Assembly: GCA_013239625.1 (NCBI GenBank)
Contig: MU053934.1
Coordinates: 2,746,399 to 2,810,398 of the forward strand
Source: Lama guanicoe
Taxonomy: Eukaryota
Direction: 5' to 3'
Length of the DNA stretch: 64,000 bases
Part shown: piece by piece, positions 1 through 13,730 of the stretch
Position numbering within the stretch: the stretch's first letter is position 1
Layout of the letters: the number at the start of each line of letters is the position of its first letter
The notes under the pieces: generated by a model
What the model was told of the DNA's origin: nothing
What the model saw: only the letters and a program-made list of their open reading frames with translations
Databases searched by the model: none
Position numbers and translations under genes: made by a program

Positions 1-1849
1 GCAAGTAAACTTTAGTGTTCAGGAGGAGCAGAGAAGGCTTTCCAGAGGCAGCCTCATTTGGCTGAGGATTGAAGCTTTCATAGGACTTAGCCAGACAGGG
101 AAGAAACAGTGGTCCAGGCTGAAGGCGTGGCCTATGGGAAGGCCCAGAAGAAAGAAAGAACTTGGCAATTTCGAGGAATGGAGCATCCTGTCTAGCCGGA
201 GCAGAGAATGTGGGGATAACTGCAGGGCTGGAAGACTGAGTTGGGGCGGGGGTGATAGGAGAGTGCTGGCAAGGCAGTGAGAGAGGAGAATGCTGAGGTT
301 GGAAGGGGTCAGACACAAAGGGCTTTGGAGGCTGTTAAGGAGTTTGAGGACCTCTGAGAAAGAGAGAGGAAGCTCAAAGCAGTGAAGTGTTAATGAATGG
401 CTGGAAGCCATAGGAAGTCATCTCCTGCAGAAGATGCAGGGGAGGCAGGAGGAGAACATGGGCTCTGGCTCTGGATCCCGGCTCCTCGTGGTTTGAATCT
501 TGGTTCTGTCCCCTATCAGATGAAGACTAGGGTCAAGCAAATGGGGCTTGACATCTCAGCCAAGATACTTACGCTCCATTTCCTCATCTACAAAATAGGG
601 ATAATGAGGATACCCTGGTTTGAGTGCCACCACACATAGGGCAGCCTACCCTTGGCCCTTGGGAGCCTCAAATCTGATCCCCATCAAGCCCCAGATGCAG
701 ACAGACCCTCTACCCCTTCCCTGAGAAGGTGCAGGAAAAGTGGAAACAGGTAATTCAGCTGAGGGCCCATTGGAATGCGGTTTGGGGTCCAGGCTGGCTG
801 CTCAGGCCCTTCTCTGGCTGGACCGATGGAGGAAGAGGCAAGGTAGGCAGAGAGTATCCCACTGCGAACCGCCGCCCACAAACGGCCTCCTGATTCCTAT
901 ACAAGGCTGAATGTCAGATTCACCCAGTTCGAATGTTCCCCGGCTAATGTCCCTGCAGGGGCCCTGGGGGCATTTTTACTGTGAGAGGCTGAGCCAGGAG
1001 ACTGAATGCTCTGGGAAGAGTTCTCAAAATTACTATGATGACTCAGGGGAATGCTTCTAAAGTGCTTGGCTGTGTAGGGCACAGTAATCATTCAAAAATT
1101 ATTTGTTGAGTAGATGAATAAATGTTTTCAACATCCATTTTTCTATCTTCATTTTTATTAGCTGTGGTTTGGGCAAATTATGTAACCTCTCTGAACCTCA
1201 GTGTTTTTCACTTGTTGTCTTCTTTGGAGGGTCATGGTCTGGATTAAGAGGTGGTGTACACAAAGCATCTGGCACAAAGTCAGTGCTAAAAGGAGGAAGA
1301 GGTAGATGTGGATGGCTGCTCTTTCCAGCCCCAGAACTGGAGCCTGGCACAGTCATATTCTCCAAGCCCGTGGCTGAAAGAGGAGTGACTTTCCCCATCC
1401 ATCCTTCCCACTTCTGGTCCTTCCTCACTGCCTCCCACGCCCCCCCCCACATCCTTTCCCTGTTCTTGGACATTCAATCCATCATTCAGCTCTCTGTCCA
1501 CATGCAGGCTGCTTATCAAGAAGCATTCAGGAATCGATTCTCTGGCTCCTTCTTGCAGCCGCACACTTTCTCCCTACCTGCTCCCAGCCTCTCCCAGACA
1601 GAAGGGAGACAGCGATAATGAGTGAGGCTCCCCTGAGCATATCAATGAAGAAAAGGAGTCATGGTCAGCTGATGAGCAAAGTGAGAAGGCTGCGCAGAGG
1701 CTGGTGATGAGCTGCTGGGGGCTGGATAATGTTTTCTGTGTGACTGGCTCTGCCTGTGTCCACAGATGGACACCATCCAGAATCAGGGTGCCCCCATCCT
1801 TGGGGTCACAGGGACTGGTTCAGAGAGGGATGCAGGCCCAGGAGGGGGC

Positions 1850-2040
1850 TACCAGGGTTGGGGTTCTGGCCCCACCACTTACTAGCACTGTGATATTGGG
1901 TAAATACATCACTTCTCTGTGCCTCAGTTTCCTCATCTATACAATGGAGAGAGTAACAGTCCCCACTTCACAGGGTTGTTGTACAGATGCAATCACGTAA
2001 AAGGGTGCAGCACAGAGAAAGTGCTCAGTAAACATTAGCT
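1850..2040 (+). mobile_element. MIR SINE
   Basis: Core CCACTTACTAGC...CTCTGTGCCTCAGTTTCCTCATCTATACAATGG...GTGCTCAGTAAACATTAGCT. Representative of dozens of MIR copies in the window. Confidence 0.85.
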
Positions 2041-2079
2041 TGTGGTATTAATGGGACTAAATTTGGGGCCGTGGAGTGA

Positions 2080-2370
2080 TTGTGAAAGAGAAGCTTTTTT
2101 TAAAAAAAAAAACTGAAGGAAAGAATCTTGCCATCAGAGTGGAGAACCTGCCTGGTAATGAATTCAGCACAAAGGAAAGGAGTGCCCAGAGATGGGGAAA
2201 AGAGAACTTGATCCTGATGAAATCACTGGAGTTCCTTGATCCAGCTATTCCTGAAGGTCTACCCATGGACTACTCAGAAACATAACTAAGTCTGTTTTTT
2301 CTTCCTTTTTGGCTTGAGTTACTTTGAGTTGGGTTTCTATCATGGGTAACAAAAATAGTCTTAATGAGTA
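2080..2370 (+). mobile_element. MaLR LTR fragment (MLT1J/I-like)
   Basis: TTCCTTGATCCAGCTATTCCTGAAG...TTTGAGTTGGGTTTCTATCA...AACAAAAATAGTCTTAATGA resembles an MLT1 3' end. Confidence 0.6.
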
Positions 2371-2694
2371 TCCATCTGTCCATCCATCCAGTCAACCAGC
2401 CAGCCAAAGTCCTAGCTATGTGGGCTTAGATACGTCACTTTCCTCTCCAAGACTTAGTTTCTGCATCTGTAAAGTGGGAATTTCATCACCTACCTTTTGG
2501 GTGATTTCAAAGATTGAAGGGCAATCCAAGTAGGGTACCATGCTTAGTACCAAAGGCAGAGGAGGGGCTCAGTAAATTTCCCTTCTATCTCGTCTTTTCT
2601 AACTGTCTGAATCCTGCCCCACCCCTGAGCAGGTGTGCCTGGAAAGCCAGGGTGGGCGCCACACCCCAGCAGGCCTGGGTCTCTCAAACAGCAG

Positions 2695-2885
2695 AATCTG
2701 ATGGGTACAGCCTTTATTGTTTCTCCATCATTTTCCAGAAGAATGGTGTCATTCGAGGGCCACAAGGGATGAGGGGGAGTAAAAAATAACATAAACAAAC
2801 TGAACAGAAAGGCAGATGGGCAGCAAGAGGGGCTGAGATCGGGTGTTCAGGGCAGAGGTGGGAGACCTGGGACAGTCAGAGCCTC
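2695..2885 (-). other. PVALB: PVALB 3'UTR (cleavage site approximate)
   Basis: Lies between the stop codon and the poly(A) signal. Contains the U-rich tract GTTCAGTTTGTTTATGTTATTTTTTAC. Confidence 0.8.
2713..2718 (-). terminator. PVALB polyadenylation signal AATAAA
   Basis: Plus-strand TTTATT ~170 nt beyond the stop codon, followed on the minus strand by GU/U-rich TTCTGCTGTTTG. Confidence 0.85.
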
Positions 2886-2914
2886 TTAGCTTTCAGCCAC
2901 CAGAGTAGAGAATT
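2886..2914 (-). CDS. PVALB: Parvalbumin alpha, terminal coding exon 5
   Basis: Acceptor TTTTCTTTTGCAG|AA TTC TCT ACT CTG GTG GCT GAA AGC TAA = (E)FSTLVAES*. The exons sum to 61+133+110+29 = 333 nt, i.e. 110 aa + stop, in frame. Confidence 0.97.
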
Positions 2915-3159
2915 CTGCAAAAGAAAACGGCAGAGGTGAGTCAGAGGTGGACCCTGCAGAAGGAACTGGCTAGAACCTGTTTTCTCTCAGTTCTCGAATC
3001 TGCTACAGGAAGAGCTGGAGTGATGGAGCGAATGGGTGTGGGGACGAATGAATAAATGAATCAATGAATCAATCAATCAAGTACGATGGGAAATGATGAA
3101 CCTACCATGTCTTTTGCTTTACAGTGTATGTCACCCACAAATTGTTAGTAATAATGACT

Positions 3160-3420
3160 ATAATAATAAGAGCAATGGTAGTTTTCTGATTGTTTATCAC
3201 TTGCCAGTTACTATTCTAAGCAGTTTATATACAATATCCTATTTGACTCTGACAGCAATCCTCTAATGTGCATTTTTCATTATTCCCATTCTACAGATGA
3301 GGAAACTGAGGCTCAGAGTCCAGCAATGTCTACAAGGTCACACAGCTAGTAAGAAGCAGAGCCAGAGTTCAGACCCAGGTGTGTCTGACTTGGGACCCTG
3401 AGCTCTTTCTTAGCCACTTG
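3160..3420 (-). mobile_element. MIR SINE (near full length)
   Basis: ATTCCCATTCTACAGATGAGGAAACTGAGGCTCAGAG...AAGGTCACACAGCTAGTAAG...GAGCCAGAGTTCAGACCCAGG. Confidence 0.85.
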
Positions 3421-5499
3421 TCTTAGCCTATGAGGCTCATGAGCAGGATCTAAGAAGACACAGAGTCCCAGGCCCCTGCCCTGGAATTTCTGATTTTTCT
3501 AAATCTGGGTCTAGGATAAGGGGTGAGTTATCTTATTTGGCAAAAGTTGCTTCTGGTGAGCAGCCAGCTTCAAGAACCACTGTGGGCTCCTCCGGGGAAC
3601 CAAGCCAGACCCTGGAGGAGACCTGAGCATGTGACCTCTGCACCCGGCTCAGCATGGTGAGTGCGCCCAGGGCTCAGAATGAGCTGGGCTCTGTCTCACA
3701 CAGCTCCTCATTTCATCCTCACAAAACACCCAGGCAACTGGGAGTTATTATCCCCATTTTAAAGAGAGGAAAACTGAGGCCCAGAGGGGAGAAGTGACTT
3801 TTCAGAGCCTCTGGATTGTAAGTGGCTGAGGATTCAAGCTCTGGGGTCCAGGCCCCTCCATGTCAGTCTGTGTGAGTCCCCAGTGGGCCCCTCCCTCCCC
3901 AGAACTGTCCATCTGCCCTTCTTCGCCTTAATGTTACTGAATGCTGCCAGAGACCAGTGTTGACACCAGAGGGTGAGCAAATGTCCCTCTATTGAATCCA
4001 ACTTCACCTAAATGAACAAAGGGATGGTCCCAACCAGGTGAAGGGAGACACAGGGGAGCAGATGGTCCCTGCCCCACAGGAGCTTCTGGTCAAGTCCGGG
4101 AAAAAGGCGGTATCTGGCAAGAAGTGCTCTGTGCTGCTGGCCTCCTCTCTGAATCTCAATCATGCTGGGGGCCTTCACACCTCAGGACCTTTGCACCTGC
4201 TATTCTCTCTGCCTGATATCCTCTCCAGGCTTCCTCACAGCTAGCTGCTTGTTCGCCTGGTCTCAGCTCAACTGTTCCCCTTCAAGGGGTCTTCTCTGAC
4301 TGCCCTGGCCAAAGCAGTGCCCCACCCCTGCTGTGATCCTCTTTGCTGTCACCATTTTTTGTTATATTCACATCACTCACCACTCTTGAAATACCTCTGA
4401 ATATATTCTTGCATATTCACTGGCTGTCTGCCTCCTCCACTGGAGCATAAGGCCACAGCCCCTACTCTTCTGGTTCCCTCCAGCCCACCTCCTGTTTCCG
4501 CAGCTGCCACCGAGGGGGCCACAGGTGTTTGTGGAAAGGCAAGAGGGGCTCGGAGACTTTGCATTCACAGGGAGAAGTGGTGCCTTCTATTTAAGGCATC
4601 AGCAAATCCTTCAGAGGAAAGGTGGCTTCTGATACAGGCCTGTCAAAAGATGCAGGATTCCCATAGGAAAAAGGCAAATGGAGAGGTCAAGGCTCAGAGG
4701 GCAGGAAACACTGGGGCATATTTGGGAAAGACCCAGTAGCCATGCTGGGCTGGCAACTTGTGTGAAAAGACCAGCTCAGCTGAAGAAGCCTGGGCCCCCA
4801 CATCTGGCTCCTCCACTTATGGGCTGTGTGACTTCAGACACGGTGCCTAACCTCTCTGAGCCTCATTGTCCTCATCTGTAAAACGAAGGAAAGTTAGTTT
4901 GGCTCCTTGAGTAGGAGACAGTCAGCAGAGGTGCTATTACCCTCAGCCCCTGCTGGGAGCTCCTCTGCCCCCGTCTTTCATGTTCTCTTTAACGTGGAGT
5001 CCTCGTGTGCTGGTCAGAGGCGGGGACTGCTTGGCAGCCAGGTCTTCCAAGATCTTTATTTGGAATATTTATTTTATGAGAGTCTTCTCTGTTGTTTTTC
5101 TCTCCAGGAGATGAGAGAGGACAGACAGAGTTTGTCACCATCTCCAATATGCGTCCGAGATGTCATATCCCCCCAGCCTGCCGGACGTTGTGGGGCCTCA
5201 GGTAAGAACGCATCGCCTCTGGATGCAGTGTCGTGATGTGGGGACAGCACAGGTGGGGATCCGGAGCTGGGGTTCCAGGCCTAGCCCGGCGCCATTTGCT
5301 GGGAAATACACCCCTCTGGACATCAGTTCCCTCATCTGCCCGTGGGGTGACGGGAGGGGCCGGTAACAATTCCTAGTGAAAGGCATATAAAAAGCTGGAT
5401 GTGAAGTGGCTTCAGAAAGGCCACAAGAGGTATCTGGGGGTCCCTTGAGGTACGTTCCACCCTCCGCGGACTTGGTATGAAGCACATAGTGTAAGAACC

Positions 5500-5645
5500 T
5501 AGTGTAATTTCTTCATCACACGTGGTTATGTTGAATGTTAGTATTAGGGGATGCTGGGTGAGGGTATATGGAACTCTCTGGACTATTGTTAGAAGCCTTC
5601 TCTAAAGCTAAAATTATTTAAAAATAAAAATAAAAAGTGAAAAAA
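5500..5645 (+). mobile_element. Old L1 (L1M-type) 3' end
   Basis: GGGGATGCTGGGTGAGGGTATATGGAACTCTCTG...CTAAAATTATTTAAAAATAAAAAT followed by an A-rich tail. Confidence 0.7.
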
Positions 5646-8600
5646 CAAAACGTGCTATCATCATGGAAATGACCTGCCATGACCCCCGCCGGGTGGACGG
5701 ACATGTACCTGGGCTCCCCACCTTTCTGGGAAGTGGATACCACCCACTCTTGTCCCCAGGTTGTCCCTGAGGATAGGAAAGGCAGGTGGCCTGGACATAG
5801 GGGCCTGGGTATTGACTCAGGGTGGGAGAGAGGGAGGGTCCTCCTGCTGGTCCCGAAAACCCCCAGAATCATGGCTTGAGCGATAACAGCCGGGGCAGGG
5901 CTGGAACCAAACACCAGACTCTAGAAATCCCTCCCATGGGCTGGGTTTTCTCAGCCACGAGCTCCTCTGATCCTACACTTACTAAGGCAGGTGCTTCTTT
6001 TGAGATGTCTTACATCATTAGTATTTTGATTAATATTGTCCATTTTTATGGAATTCAAAAACTCTTATTTACCGAATACCTACCCGGGAAGCATTTGCAT
6101 TTATCAGCTCATTAAGTTCTCATGGCCCCTCCACAGGAGAGACGCGTTTGTCTGCATTTTACAGATGGGGAAACTGAGGCCCAAGAGTTAAGTTGCTTGA
6201 CTAAGATCACAGGGTAGATGTGATTCCAACTTCCTTCTTCACCCTGGAGGTTTCCGACCTCCTTTGACCTAGGTGTCAAGTGACACATGAGCCAGCTCAA
6301 ACACCACCACCCACATGACCGTCATATTAGCCGTTTTTTATTTACTTCATGGCACTTAGCACTCTCGGAAATGATCTTATTTCTGCACTTACTGATTCTT
6401 GTCAGTCTCCCCGTAAATTCCAGAAGAGCAGGGAGCATCATCTTTTGTATTCGCCACTCTCCTAGAGACAGAGCAGACCTGGTACCTGGCAGATGCTTGT
6501 AAACAAATGCCAGATGGGTGGGCGGATGAACGGATGAGTGGATGGGATGGCTCATGAGTCCTCCTCACGGTTCAGTGAGTACCAACTTACTGCATGCAAT
6601 TCTCACAACAGCCCCTGGAGGTGAGTCGGATGATTCCCATTCTACAGATGGGGAAGTGGGAGCCTGGTGAGGTCAAGTGTCAGGGTCAGGCAGAAAAGAA
6701 GGGCCAGGGGCAGGGTCTCAGGAACACCCGCTCCGTGGAGGTGGCGAGACCATTCCCAACAGGGTTGTCATCACAGATCAGGGGGAAGCATGAACCCTCT
6801 CCAGCTTCAACCCGCTGTTTGATCTGGCAAACTGGCCAGAGCCAGCATAGCCTGTTTTGGGGCATGGAGTTGCTCTGTCCTGGGATGAAGGAGACGTGAG
6901 TCCATCCATCAACACCAGCTGATGGAGTGACTATCAGCTGTGACTGGAGGAGAAGTTGGTCCTTACTGTTTCCTGACCTCTACACCTACCCCTCAACCCT
7001 CACCCTCGAAATTATGGGTTCTCGGCTGCTCATCAGCAAAGACCCCATTCATCACCTTCACACTGGATGGCATTTGGGGCATTCAGCATGACGGGGACCG
7101 AGGGACACCAATCAAGGGACTCTCTCGCGGTGAAAGTCCAGCATTTTGGAGCCTGACCATGGGAGATGTTTTGAACTGGTGGGGTTTTCAAAAGCCTCTA
7201 AAAACAGACCCCTGGGATCCACCCTGAAGCAGCCAGAGTGTCACAATGGACACATGCCCTGGCTTTTTGCAGAGATCACAGGAGTCTAATTTTGTCCTCT
7301 CAGAACCTGGAGCATAGTACTTTGTAGATCACTTCCTGGCTGGGTGGCCTTAGGTCACTACATTGTCTCTCTGAGCCTCAATTTTCTCATGGGTAAAGTG
7401 AGTATGGTAATGTCTACTTGCACCAACCGCTACTGAGAAAACCAGATAAGAAAATACAGAAAGATGCCTGGCACATAGGAGGTGGCTGATAAATGTTAGT
7501 TTCACCCCACTCGGATTCCCTCAGCACAGCTAGCACAGGTTGGAGCTTTAAAATAACAACAGCAATAACCACGAACATCCTGAAACTAAGACAGGAAGAT
7601 GTAAACAGAAAGAGGACATGGGAAGCCCAAAGAGCAACTAGCTGACCTGGTGCAAGTTTCTGACACTGTCTATCCCACCTGACTTGGAGTCCTGCCTCCA
7701 GCACAGCCATCCACGGACACTAAGTCTCTGCCTCTCAGTTTCCACATCTGTAAAATGGGGACACTGAGAGAACTCCTCATAGGGCCATGGAGGGGACTAT
7801 GTGAGCTACAGCGGTGCCTGGCATACAGAGGGAGCGCAATTAAATCGTATCTGTTTTTGAGATGCCAGTGTTCCTTGGGAGAGGGATCCAGAGATGCAGA
7901 GTCCTTTCTCCTATAGGAGTGCGGGTACAGCCCTACCTTTGCCAAGAAAGCCTCACCCGAGGCCCCTGGGGCCAGCTTGCTGGTGTCTTCATCATCCAAT
8001 CAGGAAGAGACTAGAGATGGAGGTGGGGGTGGGGCAGGCAGCAGGCGAAGGGTCAGAGGATGGGAGGGCTCAGTTTCAGTTTCCCTTAAGAAACTGAAAT
8101 TAGCCTAATTAGGTCTGTCCCAGTCCCCAGTGCTGTGGGGATGGGACAAAATTAGAAGCTATTGACAGGTGAGAGCAGCACTCCCTGATAGCCCGAGGTG
8201 AAACTGAGATGAACTTTGAGTCAGCGCCTGGAAGGCTCTCCCTCCTCCGCTCTGTCGTGATGACCAGGAGGAAGGCACCAGCCTCCCCGGTTTATCACCT
8301 CGCCTCTAAATAGCTCCAGGGCTGAGTTTCTTATAAATTGGTATTGCAAGCAAGGATCACTTTCCCACCCCGGAGAATCAGGAGGCGGGGTCATTCGGGG
8401 TCAAGACAGACAGCCACAAGGAGCTGGTAAACAGTCTTGGGGTTGCACTGTCAGGCGATGCCCTGCACGCCACCCTGTTTCATCCTCACCAGCTCTCTTA
8501 TCTCCATTTTATTTACAAGGAAACTGAGGCTGAGAGTCATTCAGCCAGGAAGATTCACCTCTAGCCAGGATATGTCTCTTTCTCTGAGGTTGGAGTTGAA

Positions 8601-10396
8601 CGGCCCTGGGTTCTGACTCAAGCTGTAACCCCCAGAGGTAGAGGAGGGGTAAATGGAGAGGGAACATCTTCTTTCTGCCCTCACTGCTGCTCCTTTTTGC
8701 ACGAGGGCAGTTATATAAGGAGTGCTGCTTGCCTTCCCTTGGCTAAATCTTATCTAGTGCAGCATAAGGTCGGAGTTACGGAGAGTCCACACGGGGATAA
8801 AAGCGAGCATCTTGCTAAGCACAGAAACCATTTATAACTCGTGTCCCAGCTCAGCCTGGTGGAAAGAGTAGTGGAATCTGGAAACCTGGGTTCTACTCGG
8901 CCAAGGTTTTGCTGTGTGACTTTGGCACATCTAACCCCAACCCCAACCCTCTTTCGATTGCCTCCAGACTGAGATTTAACAGATCATTTTGCAGCCCTCT
9001 GTATAAAATACATCTTGAGATGGATGCTTCTGAAAGAAACCCCAGCTCCAAGAAGCCCGTGCTTTCTGATCCAACTTGTGTTTTTCATCTCTTCTTCCGA
9101 TCTCAAGCTCAGATTCAAAGCTGATTTTTTCTGAAGGTCGCAAGCTTGCAATTTCCCTTGAGCCTCAGTTTCCACATCTCCCAGTGGGGATCAGACTCTG
9201 CCCCCCAGATCATATTGAGCCGGGATGAGGATGCAATAAAACAGGACAAAACACCGCGCACCTTGGGCCTCTGCCATCGGAGCTGCGGGCTGGCCCTGAT
9301 GTGCTTGGAAATCAAACCCCATACGGGCTGGAGGGCTGAAATTACAGGGAGGCAGGTTAGACTCCCCTTTTATCCTTCTCACCTTCCTCCCCTCTTAGAC
9401 TCAATTCCACTTCCTCTGAGGAAAGATATTGCACTACTTCCAAAGGGTTTTGAGGTGGCTTACCAGAGAAAGCAGACACCTAAAAAGAGAGGAAAGGAAC
9501 CATTTCTCGGACACTCACTTAATTCTTGCAACAACCTTTTAAAGTGATTATTTTTACCCCTGCTTGGGGATGAGGAAATGGATGCCCAGCGAGAGGAGAA
9601 GGCTTGGCCATTCACACTGCTGGTAGCACGCACTCTGTAGATTGTATCTTCTACCTGACTTTAGGAGTTTCAGCCCAAGGGCTTGCTCCCTCCCTGCTGC
9701 CTTCTATGTTTAATAGGCTAATTAAGGATAAAAGAGAACAGATTTTGCCAGAAGGAAGCAGAAAAGGCAAATACCTTCAGGCACATGCCATCAACTGCAA
9801 GGGGCAGGCAATTATTATGACTGAATTTTTCAGCAACAGAAGCAAAAGCCAAGCACGAGCTCTTGAGTTGGAACAGGCTTGAAGCATAGGAAATTGGATC
9901 TGCCACTGGGATCAGGTTTCAGGGAAACTGTAACTAGGATTGCATGCGTGTGCGTGTGTATACGGGCGTGCAGCTCTCATCTACAGCCTGGCAGGGAAAA
10001 GAGAGCTATTTGGAGGTAGACTGTCAAGGTTTGAAGCAAGGCCCCAGTGCTGAATAGCTGCGAGACCCTGAGCAAGTCATGCCACTGCCCTGGGCCTCAG
10101 TTTCCTTGTCTGTGCAGTGAAGGTGTATCTTGCGATGCTGTTGTGAGGACTCAAGGAAGTGCCGCATGGATGGTACCCCCTGTTCCCATCGCCGTGCACG
10201 GTCCACGTGGGCAGGTATTAGGTGTGGAGAACCCGGGCTGGGGACACATCAGGGTGGCAAACGGTCCTACCTAGACCTCCGAGCCTCAGTTTTGGCTCTG
10301 CTGCTGAGGGACCCTGGGCATGTTACTTAACCACTCAGTTTCCTCATCTGTAAACGGGAAGAGTGATGGGACCTCCTTTCTAGGATGAATGTAGGG

Positions 10397-10574
10397 CAGT
10401 GGTTCTCAAAGTGTGGTCCCTGGACCATCAGCTCCACATGGGAACTTAGTAGAAATGCAAACGCTTGGGCCCCACCTGGACCTAAGGAATCAGAAACTCT
10501 CGGGATGGGGCCTGAGCATCTGTGTTGTGAAAAGCCCCCTGTGATTCTGATGCCGGGTCCTGTCTGAGACCCAC
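10397..10574 (+). mobile_element. MER5A-like hAT-Charlie MITE
   Basis: CAGTGGTTCTCAAAGTGTGGTCCCTGGACC...AGAAATGCAAA...GAATCAGAAACTCT...GTGATTCTGATGC...TGAGACCCAC. Confidence 0.85.
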
Positions 10575-13489
10575 CTCGGGGACGGACAAGTATTTGAGAA
10601 GGAACCTGCCACTTACTAGTCTTGCCTGTTACTTGTGCCTGGGTTTTGCCACTGCGGCTGGGTTTGGGGGCGCCTTCCGCCTCTGTCCATCTTCTTTCTC
10701 CTTGTCTGCCTCTACCTCCCCCTACCCCCCTTTACCAGCTCTGTACCAGTCTTCCAGGGGTGTCCTTTGAGAATTAATTGACCATGTCTATAAGAGTCTT
10801 TGAGCTTCCTGGAAGTAGTTGCCCAGAGATAGGTAAGCAAAGGGTTATTATTAAAACTTTGTCTTTCTACCCACTCCCTTCAATCTGCGATCCTAAAGGA
10901 CCTGGTACATGTCACCCACCTTCAGAAGGGCAAACAGCTAGAGATGGAGGCAGTACCCCTGGTTCTAGAATCCCCCCCAGTGCCTGCTACAGGCAAGCCC
11001 CCAGCTCAAACAGGTCTCCATCCTTTGCCTATGGACCTCTCCCTATACACCACACTTCCTCATCACTGCATCCCCAGAGCTGGACACATATTCATTCAGT
11101 CGTTCCACAAACTTTTTTTGTGCCTCTACTATGTGCCAGGACCTGTTCTAGGTGCTGGAGTCAGAACTGAACAAAACAAAGTTCCTGCTTTTGTGGAGCT
11201 GACATCTACCCCAGTGGGAGAGAGAGAAGCAAGCAGTAAGTCACTAAATAAAATTACCTATGATGGATACTCACTAGACTTTGAATGAATGGATGAATGA
11301 ATGAAGCAGGCAGCACAGGGCGTGTGCATTGGATCCAGACAGACCTGAGCCCAGCTCTTGACCTTGTCTTTCCCTAGGGATGGGAGTTTAGGCAAACCCT
11401 TGGCCTCTCGGAGCCTCAGTGTCCTCCATCTATAAAATGCAGATAGTAATACAGCCTCAAAGATAGTGACATGCTCAGCACAGCGCCTGGTGCACAGTGA
11501 GGGCTCCATGAAGTCAGATGTCATTGCCATCATTACTCCAAGTCACACAGCTGAGCCTAAGTGCCAGCCTGGTCCTCCATCTAGAGGTGTATGCACTAGG
11601 GCACCTGGGGAGTCCCGGAGCTGGAAGGCACCCCAGTGACTGGCCAGTGATCTGAGCCCTGATTTTGAAGAGCTGGTGCCTGAAGGTCAGAGGGCTTCTA
11701 TGGCTTGCCCCAAATCCCACCCGGAGCTGAAGTCATCCTCCAGACAGTGGGCAGGGCTCAGACCCTTTGGACTTCAGAGCGAGTAGGCAGCAAAGCAGAG
11801 TGCCTAAGATAGAAAATTCTGGGCCCTCAAAGGGCTCTCCCCCCATCTCACTGCCTATCGGGCACCATCACACCCGTCTTTCTTGTCCTCCTCTAAAACA
11901 AAGTACTGTGTTTGGGGGGAGAAGTTGGGAGGGGGGCATCTGCATCTTCCCACCTCAAAAGCACGAGCTTGTGGGCGGTCTGTTCTCACTGCCCGCTCCA
12001 TCTCTGGCCCCGACTCGTCCGTGCTGCCCTGACTCCCAGACCTTCACCAGGTCGGCCTGAGCCTGGCTACGCTGGCAGACAGACCTGGCTTTGAACTCCG
12101 TGTCACCTTGGGCACTGGAGTCACTCTTTCTGCATCTGGACCTATGTCCTCTGTCATCCCGAGGTAAAGTGAGGTGACGTTTGAGCAGAGTCCAGCGTTG
12201 GGCCTGGCACACGTTACTCACCCTGATGATCATTCTCTCTCCCCTCCCACCCTCAGCAAACCAGTATTCTTGCCCCTTTCCCAGCCTCAGTGCCTTTGCT
12301 GATTGATACCAAGGCCTTGCCTGGACCTCCCTCCACTTGCCCTCCTAGCCTGCAGCAGCCCTGCCCACGGTCCCCAGATCCCCGTAAGTGCCTGCTGTCT
12401 CCGTCTCCGCAGAGCTCGTCTGCACCTCCCGGCCTCTGCCTGATACTGCCGTGTGTCTGTGTGTGTATCATAGAGCTGGAGGCATCATGCAGATAGAATA
12501 GAAATTCTATCTGCAGCCCCTCTTTACTGAGCACTTATGGTGTGCAGGGCACTGCACTCAACCCTACTGTACATTGTGTCTTGGAATCCTCACAAAACCC
12601 CAGTGTTGCCACGCCCAGTTTATAGATGAGGAAATTGGGGCTCCGAGGCACCCAGCCAGGAAGTGGCTCCTCCGGGAACTGGGCCTGATACCTCTGCCTC
12701 CCCCACTGCTACTCGGCAAATGTCTGTTGGGTCTGTTGGAAGAGTTGACTTAGCTCTTTAAGATCTGAGTTGGGCAGGGAGGGAGGGAGGCAGGGAAGCA
12801 GTCCAGGATCTGGCCTGGTTTTTCTTTATCATGAAGGTTCCTTGCAGGCAGCCAGCCATGAAGACCCTGCCTAGGGCTTCTGAGCTGCAGCATATTGCAA
12901 ATAAAAATGGGAGGCCTGGATTGGGGTCATGGCAGGAACCGGGCCCAGGGGAGGAACGGTCTGATAAGTGACACAGTGAAGGTGGGGAGGGTACCACTCA
13001 CTGGAATCACCTAGACCGGCCACCCGTTTCTCTCCAGCACCCTCTGCTCTGGCTCCTTTAAAACCACCTCCCTCCTTCCCAGCCACAGGATGGGCAGTAG
13101 GCATCAGGAGGCTAGGCGACTCATTGCACCTGACCTTGCTAGATTGTCTCCATCCTCATTTCTGGCATAAAACTTTAGTAGCCTGTGCCCACATTCAGAA
13201 TCCTTGTACCTTTCCCAAGGCAATTTTCCGTCTAAAGTCACTTAATTTTCACAACGAGCCCAAGCAGGTCTTAGGAGAAAACTGTGCACCCCATGTGTCA
13301 GACACAGGAATGTAGGTGTGGAGAGGTGATGGAGTGAAGGTCAGACAGCCGGTGAAGGGCAGACAGCCAGCAGAGCACCAGGTCCTACACTTTAAACCCA
13401 GGCAACAGATGTTTATTCCGTGCCTGCTTTGGGTCACGTATGGGCTACATACTGGGGATAAAAGGATGAATACAATCTTGTCCTTATTT

Positions 13490-13730
13490 TAAAAAATTAG
13501 TTAACAGACTGGTAGATAGCACTTCCTCTGTGCCAGACACTTCTAAACACATCATATACGAATGCATCTAATCCTCTCACAATCCTAGGAGATAAAAACT
13601 ATTATCCTCAGTTCAGAGATGACAAAACTAGGGCCCAGAGTAGTCACTTGAGTTGCCCCAAATCACACAGCTAGAAAGAAGCTGGGTTGGGATTTGAACC
13701 CAGACAACATGAGCCCAGAGGCTAAGCACT
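13490..13730 (-). mobile_element. MIR SINE
   Basis: GCACTTCCTCTGTGCCAGACAC...CAGAGATGACAAAACTAGGGCCCAGAG...TCACACAGCTAG...GGGATTTGAACCCAG. Confidence 0.8.
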
